From a virus (taxonomy: Duplodnaviria; Caudoviricetes): a stretch of 46,628 nucleotides of DNA. The notes beneath the pieces were generated by a model. That model saw only the letters and a program-made list of their open reading frames with translations, was not told the origin of the DNA and ran no database searches. Made by a program: the position numbers and the translations under genes. Positions 17,709-26,837 of this stretch are shown piece after piece. The stretch's first letter is position 1; every line of letters starts with the position of its first letter. The DNA lies in IMG/VR virus record IMGVR_UViG_3300038679_000217, positions 1-46,628 of that record; one strand, written 5' to 3'.

Positions 17709-18215
17709 TCAAGCAGTCTGCATGTGTTCTGAATACTCCCTGTTTTTGACCTTGAAACGGTATTCGCGGCTTGCCAGAATATTGCGGTAACGTTGATAAT
17801 CTTTCAGCAAATCTGAAAGGATGTCCTCAGGCAAATCGTACTTTTCAATGAACGAGTAAATTGAATCTTTCTGATTCTTTACACCCAGTATAAGCATCCT
17901 GTCAACATGCTTCCGGAATTCGAGGGTAAACAGATCGTCGAACCTGTTTACCACAGTATGTTGTGATCGGTCAGACAAATAATACCAGCTCCTCACATCT
18001 TTATCTTCATAGTACGGCAGTTGGATGCTGATGTTCTGGTCTCCGTAATTTACCGGCCGGTAATCGGGCGGTGCCTTTTGGAGTAGAATATTAACCAACC
18101 GGTTTAAATTATCCTTTCTCGGGATGACCAGCGGCTGATCGCCATACAATGCCCTGGCAAAAATTATAAGTTTCGGTTTCGGGCAAAAGATATTGACAGT
18201 GAATTCTGACGGCAT
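17709..18215 (-). CDS. Hypothetical protein, candidate late-gene activator
   Basis: Basic helical C-terminus (FIEKYDLPED..LLKDYQRYR); sits between replication and head modules; function inferred from position. Confidence 0.55.
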   Translation of the reverse strand: MPSEFTVNIFCPKPKLIIFARALYGDQPLVIPRKDNLNRLVNILLQKAPPDYRPVNYGDQNISIQLPYYEDKDVRSWYYLSDRSQHTVVNRFDDLFTLEFRKHVDRMLILGVKNQKDSIYSFIEKYDLPEDILSDLLKDYQRYRNILASREYRFKVKNREYSEHMQTA

Positions 18216-18240
18216 AAATTTAGGTTGTTGATTCGCCCTA

Positions 18241-18272
18241 CTAAAGTACAGGAATGATCGGAAATATGCAAA
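18241..18272 (-). promoter_or_regulatory. Host-type promoter
   Basis: TTTG-N20-TACTTTAG upstream of ATG 18215. Confidence 0.55.
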
Positions 18273-18335
18273 AATATATGCACAATGCAAAAATAAATTC
18301 ACTCCAACTAAGGGCTTCTATAAAAACGCCAAATA

Positions 18336-18682
18336 AATCGTGCAGAAGTGCTTTAGTACAGAACATTTTTAATTCACTAAACTACAGTGCGTTATATAAA
18401 AATCGTGCGTACTAAGTACAAACAGTGCGGAATCGTGCAAAAATAGTGCGCTCCGCTTTGCCTGATACTCTAAGCGTACAGAGCAAAAAAAAATCGTGCG
18501 TACTTTTGCACTGTTTTTTTCTAATTTTTATATAAGTATATTCCGAAAAAAAAAGAGGATAGTAATAAGAGTATGTATATATATAATAGCCAACCACTTA
18601 CAAAAATTATTCTTTTGCCGGTGCGTACCCCTGCACTATAATTATTAATTACGAATAAGGGGGGCGCGCGAAAAAATCGTGC
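18336..18682 (+). repeat. Iteron-like repeats, putative replication origin
   Basis: AATCGTGC at 18336, 18401, 18431, 18492, 18675 plus degenerate AGTGCG copies and an AT-rich tract in a ~650 bp non-coding gap. Confidence 0.7.
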
Positions 18683-18792
18683 ATAATGGTAAAAAAGGAA
18701 AATAGAAGGTGTTCGCTGTGCTCACAGTGTGCGCCAAAGGCGCGGATAACTGCCCATAAAACTAAATTCTTAGTTGATGATATAGCCAGGGC

Positions 18793-18832
18793 AAAAAGAT
18801 TCCCCTGCTACAGTTAAGTGTAGCAGGGGAAT
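18793..18832 (-). terminator. Terminator of early/replication operon
   Basis: 14-bp perfect stem ATTCCCCTGCTACA/TGTAGCAGGGGAAT followed by CTTTTT on the minus strand. Confidence 0.8.
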
Positions 18833-18880
18833 GGTGAGGATGTAAGCGGATATTGGATTGTGGGAGGGGAAAGAAGTTGA

Positions 18881-19381
18881 TTAATTGGCTTTTGTAAAGT
18901 CAACTAAATACTCCTGACCAACTTCAAATTCTTTTGAAGCGTTTTCGTTAAGGATTCCGATTTCAATTTGACCAAAAGGGGTCCATTTGAAAAAGTTTTC
19001 ATTTTCGGGACTTCCACCAGTTACAGGATGTAATTTTATCTTCTCTCCTGATTCCATTTGTGTTTTTTCGACACATTTAAATTTTGCTCGTACCATTTTG
19101 ATTGAATTTAAGTTACATGCAGTAATTCTACCCCTACTGCACAAAAGGGTTTTACTATTATCAACTGGTTTGACTGTTTTGTACATTGCTGTGGAATCAG
19201 TAATGTTTTGTATGTCAAAGATTAAAGAGTCAATATCTGGCCAATAATCTGATTCAAATTCAAATTCTACACCTTGAAGCCCTTCAATTCTTCTAAAAGA
19301 AAAGCTCTTTAACTCTTGGTGAAGTTCTTCTATGAAAGATGCTACATCTTCTGAACATTCGGCATTTAATCTATATTTCAT
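18881..19381 (-). CDS. Hypothetical protein, apparently two small phage proteins fused (internal ATG 19096)
   Basis: Acidic N-half plus MVRAKF..EN..FF.WTP.G.IEI..EY.VDFT C-half. Confidence 0.6.
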   Translation of the reverse strand: MKYRLNAECSEDVASFIEELHQELKSFSFRRIEGLQGVEFEFESDYWPDIDSLIFDIQNITDSTAMYKTVKPVDNSKTLLCSRGRITACNLNSIKMVRAKFKCVEKTQMESGEKIKLHPVTGGSPENENFFKWTPFGQIEIGILNENASKEFEVGQEYLVDFTKAN

Positions 19382-19386
19382 GATTT

Positions 19387-19686
19387 TTAAGATTTGTGGT
19401 TATTGTTGAATAAATGTTTCTTCGCCTTATCCGCTTTCCTTTTAGCCGCCCTTTTCTCTCTGCGGGTGAGTGGCGCCCGGTAAAATACATCCGGGTGTAT
19501 TGGCTGTATTTTGTAGGTGGTTATATTAGAAGCTGAGGAGAATTGTAGATCCCGCTCTTGTGCCTCTTCCGCCGTTATAACCTCTGCACCAGGAAACTTT
19601 AACATCACGGCCTCCAGTGCTGCTCTGGATGCAATACCAGCAGATGAGTGGCCTCCGATAATCATAATGTGATGTTTATTTGACAT
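19387..19686 (-). CDS. Hypothetical protein
   Basis: ORF with GGAGG leader and basic C-terminus. Confidence 0.6.
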   Translation of the reverse strand: MSNKHHIMIIGGHSSAGIASRAALEAVMLKFPGAEVITAEEAQERDLQFSSASNITTYKIQPIHPDVFYRAPLTRREKRAAKRKADKAKKHLFNNNHKS

Positions 19687-19687
19687 G

Positions 19688-20341
19688 TTACCCTCCGGTT
19701 CCTGTTTGGTTAAAGTCAAGTTTAAGAGCTCCGTTTATAGTGATAGGATCATAATTAGTCCATAAGCACTCATTTATTGCCCGTTTACTTACGGTTGATT
19801 TTCTGAGCGGTCCCATAGATTTATGAAAGCCCATAAATAGCTCATCATATAATGATGAATCATACCCTGAAATTGCTACAAAGCATTTTGATGACTTTAC
19901 TGTTTCTGCCAGTTTATAATGAAAATCTTCAGTTACTTCGTGATGATATCTTTTTCCTGAAGTTCTGGTAGTCATCAAGTATGGAGGGTCAAAATAGACT
20001 ATGTTATTAGCCTTATTCACTTTTTCGAATAACTCAAATACATCCTTTTGCTCAATTTGCATACTTCTGAGCTTAGCTGCGATTTCATGTAATTTGTGAA
20101 GTTTAAAATTATAGCCATCAACTCTATAATAATTTGATTTCTGAATTGCATATTCAAATCCAGCACCCTTATGATTATTTTGACTTCCATTAGCTCCATA
20201 ACCAAGCTGAGATCGAATAAAATACCTTCTTGCTCTTTCTATTTTATCTGAAGGCTCATTGAAATCGTCAATATTGATTAGCCAGGTTAGATGTGGGTAT
20301 TTGCCACCGAAGTAACTGATAAGGTTTAAGTGCTTTCCCAT
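19688..20341 (-). CDS. Dam-like (D12 class) adenine methyltransferase, internally deleted
   Basis: YFGGK motif X and catalytic DPPY present; SAM-binding motif I absent. Confidence 0.75.
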   Translation of the reverse strand: MGKHLNLISYFGGKYPHLTWLINIDDFNEPSDKIERARRYFIRSQLGYGANGSQNNHKGAGFEYAIQKSNYYRVDGYNFKLHKLHEIAAKLRSMQIEQKDVFELFEKVNKANNIVYFDPPYLMTTRTSGKRYHHEVTEDFHYKLAETVKSSKCFVAISGYDSSLYDELFMGFHKSMGPLRKSTVSKRAINECLWTNYDPITINGALKLDFNQTGTGG

Positions 20342-20342
20342 C

Positions 20343-23300
20343 TCACCCCCCATAACTACTAATATCCCTATTCCCGATCATAAAGCTCTCCACCCCTCCG
20401 CTTTTGTCATCAAGCCCCGGGTGGCCGTGCTCGTTGCGTTTGTGGGGGTTGAAGATCAGGCCACGGTAATCGCACCAGGCTTTAAGCTTTTTCTTGAAGT
20501 GGTGGGGCGTTACATACTTACGATCGTTCGGGTTTTTATCAAAGAAGTTATCAGAAATTTCCTTTCTGGGAATGGGATTGTTCAGATTGTTTGAAATTAT
20601 CTCAGAGACATCTTCATCCTCATTAACAGAGTAATATTCATCAGCCCACGTAAGGAAGTTCTCACCAATATACTGGCGCAAGCGGCGACGATCGAGGCGC
20701 TCGGTTGGGGGTGATATCAGTCCGGATCTGTTGATACCCCATCCCAATGACTGGGCTTTAAAGTAAAGCTGCAGGCAGGCGGCCATGAAGTTGTAAAACA
20801 GTGTCCATTGCTTCTCGTCCCATTCGGTAAAGAAGTTGATGCCAAAGTCATCGAGTGGTTTATGCTCATCGTTATACCAGTCGGAAAATGCGAGCAGGAA
20901 CTGCCGGTCGCGGAAGCTCGCAGAGTTTCCGTTGATGGCATGGTTGGTGGTCATGAATATCTTTGGCGTGGAGATCTCCGGGAGCGTGAATTTCTTTTGC
21001 GCTTTTACATTTATGGTCATCTGGCCGGTGATAACCGGGAAGAAAAATTCAAAGTCAACATTCGCGCGAACGTCGTCGAGGAATACGCTCTCCGTTTTCT
21101 CGGTAACCTCTTCCCAGATGAAAGGATCTGATGTCAGATCCTTACTCTTTGCCCCGATGTATGCCTGAGGGACCACCTTTCCGATAGCGGTACCGACGAT
21201 GCTTTTACCTGTGCGGCCGTTCGAGTCGCCAACCTCGCTCAGCTTACCATCCATGGCCACTATGGCCTTCTCGGTCGATTTATCGCGGTATTTATGCAAC
21301 AGGTAACCGATGGCCGTCATTTTAGAAACAAAATGCAGTGAAGTTTCAAACTGTTCGTCGAGCGATCGTTCATCCTTTACCGGGGCTCTGGAGGTAGGGT
21401 TTATAAATTTCTTCCAGAAAAACTCTCCGGTATTCCAAAGGAATTTGGCGAAGTGGCATTGCTCGGCTTCCTGGCTGAATTGAACGCCGAATTGTCCTAC
21501 AAAAGGTTTCAGATCAACATACCGGCTTGCTTCTGCAACTTCAGCAGTAATGCGCTGCACATCGATAAAGTCAGTTGATTTTATACCCTGATCATCTAAA
21601 TAGGTACCTTTTATCTGCTTTGCGTCCATGTTGATCACCTTATCCTTCCAAACAAAGTGCTCAAGCTCCGAATAGTTCCGCTCCTCGATGCCCTGGGCGG
21701 TTATCTTCCACACTTTTTCACGGAAGTACATATACTGGAAGCTTTTATCGGCCACCTCGAAATATGGATGCACATACGAAAGGTTGCTCAGCGAGTCGGG
21801 GCCCAGATACATTTTCCCGCCACGGTAAAGCATATCCATGACATCAACCATGTCAATCTTTTCGGCTATTTCTTTCGTGAATTCCGTAACGAAATCGCGC
21901 ATGTAGTAGCTGTCAACCTGGTCAACAACCTTGTTATTGATGTAAATAAAAGCATCGGTGTTATTTGCCTGCCGGTACCTGCCAAAGCCACGGCGATTCA
22001 GAAAGTTATAGCAGTACATGTACTTGAATTTGTACTGCGTTATCTCATCACCGAACTTATTGGTTTTGGTTTCCTTTATGTAGTAACGCTCATCATCCTG
22101 CAAAGGCTGGGCAGGTATTAGTTTGCCGGTTTCGTCAAATTTCCATTTGTGTTTCGATATCTGGAATTCAACCAGGTCGATCAGGCGATCTTTATATTTC
22201 TCGGCAAACTTTTCGGCACTGTCGAGGTTCCAGAACTCCAACAGCTTGATATCTGTTACCGTTGATATCTTGTAACAATTAATGTAAGTTCCCTGGCCAT
22301 CCTTCTCATTAATCGCATGGTCAAAGTCATCGGCCAGCTCTTTTTCCCTTTCCTTCAGACTGCCGGCCAACAGATCATCCAGTCCTTTTTCGTTGGCCTC
22401 ATTATCGCGAACATGTGCAAAGTAAAGCTCGAGATAAATGCCGATGTTGCTGAAGGTCCGGAAGTAATCTTTAAAGGTGCGCACGGCATAATAAAAGGAG
22501 AGCGGCCGCTGATCAACCCGGGCACCTGGTTTCAATTCGTTGCTCAGGTGGTTGAAATCTGAGTCCAGCACAAACACCACTTCCTGAATATGACAGCGCG
22601 CAACCAGCAACTGCAGTTCATAAGGCAACTTGCCCTGGGACCCTATGTTCTGAATGCCCATAATTCCAACCGAGAAAATGCCATGCTTGCAGGCCTTCAG
22701 TGCCTTTTTTTCGCCTTCCTGTATGTAGAGCCGTTTTATTACCCGGGCGTCGGCATAGGCTCTCCTTACGATTTCAGGGATGAATAAATGAGATCCGGAA
22801 CCGTATGGGCTGGTGTACTTCATCGGCTTGCCAGATTCCTTTGCCCGGTGCAATTCCGGAATCTGCCAACGGAAGCGCCACAACCGCTGAACCTTCGACG
22901 ATTTCGGCATAGTGTACTCAATCGGCTTACCGTTCAGATCGTAATACCATATCAGCATATCATCGCCATCGGTAATACGGCCATCGTCGGTGCGGGTAGC
23001 AGCTTCAAAAATATCAACTTCCTGTTGAGTGTTCTCGTCAACAAATACCAGGGCGCGCTGATCTTCCTCCGTCAGTCCGGATGCTTCAAGCTGCCGGTCG
23101 CGGAAAGTTTTCTCATGCCTTTTCTCCCTGCGCTGCGGGCCTTTAACTTCGCGGTCGTCCTTTACCTCGATGTTGTAAAAATCGCCCAGCCATTTAACGG
23201 CTTCAGGGTATTTGAGGCCCTGGGTTTCAACTATGAAATTGAAAGGTGATTTACCTCCCCATCCGCACGAAAAGCATTTCCACACTTGTAACGCTGGGTT

Positions 23301-23453
23301 AATTTTAAGGCCTTTTTTACCCAAAGCGTTGCATTTCGGGCAATCGCAGTAAAGACTGGAGCCGGCTTTTTTCACTTTGTACAGACGGCCGACAATTTCC
23401 TCGAGTTTGGCGGCGAGTTGAATGCTTTGGATGGTGGTTTTAGGGATGGACAT
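20343..23453 (-). CDS. DNA primase-helicase
   Basis: N-terminal zinc finger (CPKC..WKCFSCG), TOPRIM EGEKKA/DSD/KGLDD, C-terminal Walker A GRTGKS and VFLDD. Confidence 0.88.
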   Translation of the reverse strand: MSIPKTTIQSIQLAAKLEEIVGRLYKVKKAGSSLYCDCPKCNALGKKGLKINPALQVWKCFSCGWGGKSPFNFIVETQGLKYPEAVKWLGDFYNIEVKDDREVKGPQRREKRHEKTFRDRQLEASGLTEEDQRALVFVDENTQQEVDIFEAATRTDDGRITDGDDMLIWYYDLNGKPIEYTMPKSSKVQRLWRFRWQIPELHRAKESGKPMKYTSPYGSGSHLFIPEIVRRAYADARVIKRLYIQEGEKKALKACKHGIFSVGIMGIQNIGSQGKLPYELQLLVARCHIQEVVFVLDSDFNHLSNELKPGARVDQRPLSFYYAVRTFKDYFRTFSNIGIYLELYFAHVRDNEANEKGLDDLLAGSLKEREKELADDFDHAINEKDGQGTYINCYKISTVTDIKLLEFWNLDSAEKFAEKYKDRLIDLVEFQISKHKWKFDETGKLIPAQPLQDDERYYIKETKTNKFGDEITQYKFKYMYCYNFLNRRGFGRYRQANNTDAFIYINNKVVDQVDSYYMRDFVTEFTKEIAEKIDMVDVMDMLYRGGKMYLGPDSLSNLSYVHPYFEVADKSFQYMYFREKVWKITAQGIEERNYSELEHFVWKDKVINMDAKQIKGTYLDDQGIKSTDFIDVQRITAEVAEASRYVDLKPFVGQFGVQFSQEAEQCHFAKFLWNTGEFFWKKFINPTSRAPVKDERSLDEQFETSLHFVSKMTAIGYLLHKYRDKSTEKAIVAMDGKLSEVGDSNGRTGKSIVGTAIGKVVPQAYIGAKSKDLTSDPFIWEEVTEKTESVFLDDVRANVDFEFFFPVITGQMTINVKAQKKFTLPEISTPKIFMTTNHAINGNSASFRDRQFLLAFSDWYNDEHKPLDDFGINFFTEWDEKQWTLFYNFMAACLQLYFKAQSLGWGINRSGLISPPTERLDRRRLRQYIGENFLTWADEYYSVNEDEDVSEIISNNLNNPIPRKEISDNFFDKNPNDRKYVTPHHFKKKLKAWCDYRGLIFNPHKRNEHGHPGLDDKSGGVESFMIGNRDISSYGG

Positions 23454-23477
23454 GGGGGAGTGTAGATTGTCAAATGA

Positions 23478-23645
23478 TTAAGCAAGTAAATCAAAAATAA
23501 AATCAAGGATCGGATCAAGCATGGATTCTGCTTTTTCATACCCATAAAATGGGAGAAATATCAAATAAGCTGCAGCGCCAATAGATAAAAGCGGAAATAA
23601 TAGAAGCATTCCATAAACTCTTCGTAATATTTTTAAAAAGATCAT
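23478..23645 (-). CDS. Small membrane protein (55 aa, below ORF-track cutoff)
   Basis: MIFLKILRRVYGMLLLFPLLSIGAAAYLIFLPFYGYEKAESMLDPILDFIFDLLA; GGAGG 8 nt upstream. Confidence 0.55.
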   Translation of the reverse strand: MIFLKILRRVYGMLLLFPLLSIGAAAYLIFLPFYGYEKAESMLDPILDFIFDLLA

Positions 23646-23672
23646 TTTGAGGTCCTCCAGACAGGGTTATTA

Positions 23673-23888
23673 TTATGAGATTGGAAAATTTCTAATAACA
23701 AATGAATGTGCTTTTCTTGCCTTACGAGTTTGGCATGCAGCGCATAAATGATGATACTTTCTTGCATTTGGAAATAAGCCCCAACCTTGCATAAAAAATA
23801 TTTTATTTGATAAATCTTCGTTTGCAGAACATTGCGTTTTGCATTTATCACAGAATATCGTCACAACATCAGCTGTTGTTATAATCAT
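23673..23888 (-). CDS. Small zinc-binding protein
   Basis: CDKC...GW....HLCAAC; AAGGAGG leader. Confidence 0.7.
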   Translation of the reverse strand: MIITTADVVTIFCDKCKTQCSANEDLSNKIFFMQGWGLFPNARKYHHLCAACQTRKARKAHSFVIRNFPIS

Positions 23889-24265
23889 TTTGTTTCGGCC
23901 TCCTTGCCAGTTGAGATTAATGTTAATTTTCTTCTTCCTTCTTTGAATTCACCTATTTCAAAAGCAAAATACTTGCAATTTTTTCCGGTCAACTCAGAAA
24001 TAATTAAGTCAAACCCTTTTGCCGGACAACATAGTCCTCTATCTCCTTTAAAAGCTCTGGAAATAGTAAAACCTTTGCTTCCTACATCTCTGTAAAATAA
24101 ATTAGGGCACTCAAAATCAAACACGAACTGATCTCCTTTTTTTAATGCCAGACTAAAACAAGCACCGTTGTTAAAAATTATGTAATCGCGCGTAATTGTT
24201 AAAATCGGCTTTTGTTTTCTTATTCTATATTTCTTAAGTGATTCTGGATTTAATGTTTGAATCAT
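23885..24265 (-). CDS. Hypothetical protein
   Basis: ATG 24265 preceded by AAGGAGG. Confidence 0.65.
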   Translation of the reverse strand: MIQTLNPESLKKYRIRKQKPILTITRDYIIFNNGACFSLALKKGDQFVFDFECPNLFYRDVGSKGFTISRAFKGDRGLCCPAKGFDLIISELTGKNCKYFAFEIGEFKEGRRKLTLISTGKEAETK

Positions 24266-24281
24266 ATGGCCTCCTTGCCGA

Positions 24282-24650
24282 TTAATATTTAGGTTCGAAA
24301 TTTCCACAGGCAATATCTTTTTCTCTCCTGTTTGTTGGATCAGGATTGAACATACATGACCCCGGCCAGTTTTCAGGGATTCTTTCTGAATGATCTATTC
24401 TCTTTTCTTGCCAAAAACCACAATTTTTACATACCCTTTCCAGCGGTTTTGTATTACATTTTTCTGGCGGCCAATTAAGAACTTTTTTCAGATTATTTCC
24501 CATATCAGCTGCATACTGAGCATCAAGTTTTGACTTGCCATGAGTAGCAACATATTGCCTGTTATCACCATCTAACCCGAAAACCACAATCTGACTAAGG
24601 TTAAGTGCTTCACGAAAACCTTTTACTGTGCTTATTTTTATTTTGTCCAT
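24282..24650 (-). CDS. Hypothetical Cys-rich protein
   Basis: CKNC..C..C C-terminal motif; AAGGAGG leader. Confidence 0.7.
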   Translation of the reverse strand: MDKIKISTVKGFREALNLSQIVVFGLDGDNRQYVATHGKSKLDAQYAADMGNNLKKVLNWPPEKCNTKPLERVCKNCGFWQEKRIDHSERIPENWPGSCMFNPDPTNRREKDIACGNFEPKY

Positions 24651-24823
24651 TTCGTTTCGGCCTCCTTGCCGGGATTTTTGGTTATTTCACATTTACCTGG
24701 TCCCCAACTAATTCCATTACTCACTACATTTTCTTTCTGGCAGTGATCAGTCATGCATGCATGATAAACACAGGTTGCATCATGGGTTTTGCATGGGATT
24801 GATGATTCATTTAAGGTTTCCAT
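24638..24823 (-). CDS. Small Cys-rich hypothetical protein
   Basis: 61 aa ORF in operon register. Confidence 0.5.
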   Translation of the reverse strand: METLNESSIPCKTHDATCVYHACMTDHCQKENVVSNGISWGPGKCEITKNPGKEAETKWTK

Positions 24824-24826
24824 GAA

Positions 24827-25099
24827 TTAATTCTCTTTCTGGTAGTTTTTGAATAAATCCAGTTGGGCTAATTTTTTCAGACTTGTTTTATTGTCGATAA
24901 CTTCAACCTTATGAAGATTGGTGTATTCACGTTTAGGATCGTCTAAAAAAGATGCAATTATCATTTTTGTGCCGATTTTTTCATTAAGAAAGTCAAAAGC
25001 TTCTTCCCTTGCCTGGCTTAACGTCGGAACAATAATCCCTTCATGCTGATGGAAACGCCCATCAATTGCGAATAAAATGTATCTCACTTGATCCTGCAT
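24827..25099 (-). CDS. Hypothetical protein
   Basis: 90 aa ORF with AGGAGG leader; QLDLF near C-terminus. Confidence 0.65.
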   Translation of the reverse strand: MQDQVRYILFAIDGRFHQHEGIIVPTLSQAREEAFDFLNEKIGTKMIIASFLDDPKREYTNLHKVEVIDNKTSLKKLAQLDLFKNYQKEN

Positions 25100-25100
25100 A

Positions 25101-26837
25101 TTAAATTGCCTCCTGTTTACTTACAATAAATTCATTCAAGGCCTTTACTACCGGCTCAATGATCAGTCTGGCCCATTCAGGCGGCACCGCGTTGCCGATA
25201 AGCTTTGTCTGTTGTTTGCGTGTGAGGCCGAGTTGCTTATTTGTGAAATACCCTGCAGGAAATGTGCTGATCTGCGCGAGCTCTTCCGGATCGAGAAAAC
25301 GCATCCGGATATCAAAATCAATATCCCCATTCATAAAAACAGAAACAAGCGCCTGATGTGTGCCGCTGGTGGTTATTGTCCCAAGTGGATCATCTATGGC
25401 CTGATTTTGCGATTGCTGGTTGCCTGAGCTTGAAAAATAAGCTGTGATGAACTGGATTTTTTCCTTTGTAGTTATGGCGTTTAGAGGCTCATTAACCGAT
25501 TGATTATTACCATGGGTGAAATGATGGCTGATCAGCTGAAATTTTTCCTCAGTACCGGTGCATCCGAGCGGGTCTTCAAGGCTTTTAACATTTGCTCCCG
25601 GGTTACCGTTACTGTTGTATTGTGCGGCAATAAACTGAGCATTGATGTCAATAAGTGCTGTTCCATCTTTAGTCCTGATGGTACAGAATGGATCATCGGG
25701 GCTGAATGCATGATGCTGATCACCTGAGTAGTATTTCGAAAAAAACTTTTTGTTAATTGTAACCAGGTGCTTTGAATTTTCCGTTGTGATAGTATTGGCC
25801 GGGCCCTCAAGATCATGAGCGGTATTTTCACGGCCATAATAGTCGCTGAGGAACTGGAGCTTTTCAACGGTAACCAGCTGCTTTGTTTCCCGGGTAAGAA
25901 TCGGGTTAAGCGGATCTTCCGGGGTGTTGTAATTATCGCTATAGCAGTGATCTGAAATAAATTGCTTTTTACCGATCGTTACCAGTACATGACGATCCTT
26001 TGTTGTAACAGTATTAAGCGGAGCATTGACAGACTGAGCATTCAGTCCATTGCCATAATACTGAAAAATGAAGCTGAGTTCCGGAGCATATTTCTTAATT
26101 CCACCGGCAATCCTTTTTAATGAGTTGGGGACCAGCGGCACCCTTTTGCCTTTTTTCACTTTCGGATTAAACTTCCGGCCGAAGATACTTTCACCTTCAT
26201 TCTCCAGGTTGATAAAAGATTTACAGGCTACCCATTTTTTAAGGCCGTCTTTACCGGTTTTACTATGGGTAGGTTTTGGCCAATCAATTGGCAATCCAAG
26301 TTCAACCTGAACAAAAAATGCGAAATACCTGACGCGCCTGGTAGGAATGCCATAGTCAGCGGCATTGCAAATCAATTCGTGATACTCATAACCAAGCGCC
26401 CTTATAGCATTTTTCCACCGTTGAAACTCTTCACCTTTTTTTGATTTATCATGAGTTCCATCCTCGTTCATAGGGGCCCAGTCTCTGAATTCCGGAACGT
26501 TTTCAATACCGATGGCCAACGGCATAATGTATTTTATATAGCGAACGAGTTCCCATCCAAGGGTGTAGGATCCTATCTTCTTCTCACGTCCACCGTTTGC
26601 CCGGGAATGCTGCGTGCATTCAATCGAAGCCCAGATAAAATCTACCTTTTCAACCTCATGCTCATCCTGTTTGTAGATATCAGCCCAAAAATGCTTAATT
26701 CCTTTGTGATTGAACAGATTGGTTCTGATTGCCAGTTTATCATGATTCAAAACAAACTTTACCTTAAGATCAGGAATCTTACTCATTGCTTCCGTAACTC
26801 CACCACCTCCGGCGAGGAAATCTCCTGCAGTAATCAT
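25101..26837 (-). CDS. C5-cytosine DNA methyltransferase with repeated variable region
   Basis: DFLAGGGG, SIECTQHS, ENVPEF, YGIPTRRVR, IGNAVPP motifs. Confidence 0.9.
   Translation of the reverse strand: MITAGDFLAGGGGVTEAMSKIPDLKVKFVLNHDKLAIRTNLFNHKGIKHFWADIYKQDEHEVEKVDFIWASIECTQHSRANGGREKKIGSYTLGWELVRYIKYIMPLAIGIENVPEFRDWAPMNEDGTHDKSKKGEEFQRWKNAIRALGYEYHELICNAADYGIPTRRVRYFAFFVQVELGLPIDWPKPTHSKTGKDGLKKWVACKSFINLENEGESIFGRKFNPKVKKGKRVPLVPNSLKRIAGGIKKYAPELSFIFQYYGNGLNAQSVNAPLNTVTTKDRHVLVTIGKKQFISDHCYSDNYNTPEDPLNPILTRETKQLVTVEKLQFLSDYYGRENTAHDLEGPANTITTENSKHLVTINKKFFSKYYSGDQHHAFSPDDPFCTIRTKDGTALIDINAQFIAAQYNSNGNPGANVKSLEDPLGCTGTEEKFQLISHHFTHGNNQSVNEPLNAITTKEKIQFITAYFSSSGNQQSQNQAIDDPLGTITTSGTHQALVSVFMNGDIDFDIRMRFLDPEELAQISTFPAGYFTNKQLGLTRKQQTKLIGNAVPPEWARLIIEPVVKALNEFIVSKQEAI

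Noticed and set aside
18336-18682. CRISPR array
   Set aside because: Repeats only 8 bp with irregular spacing; no cas genes
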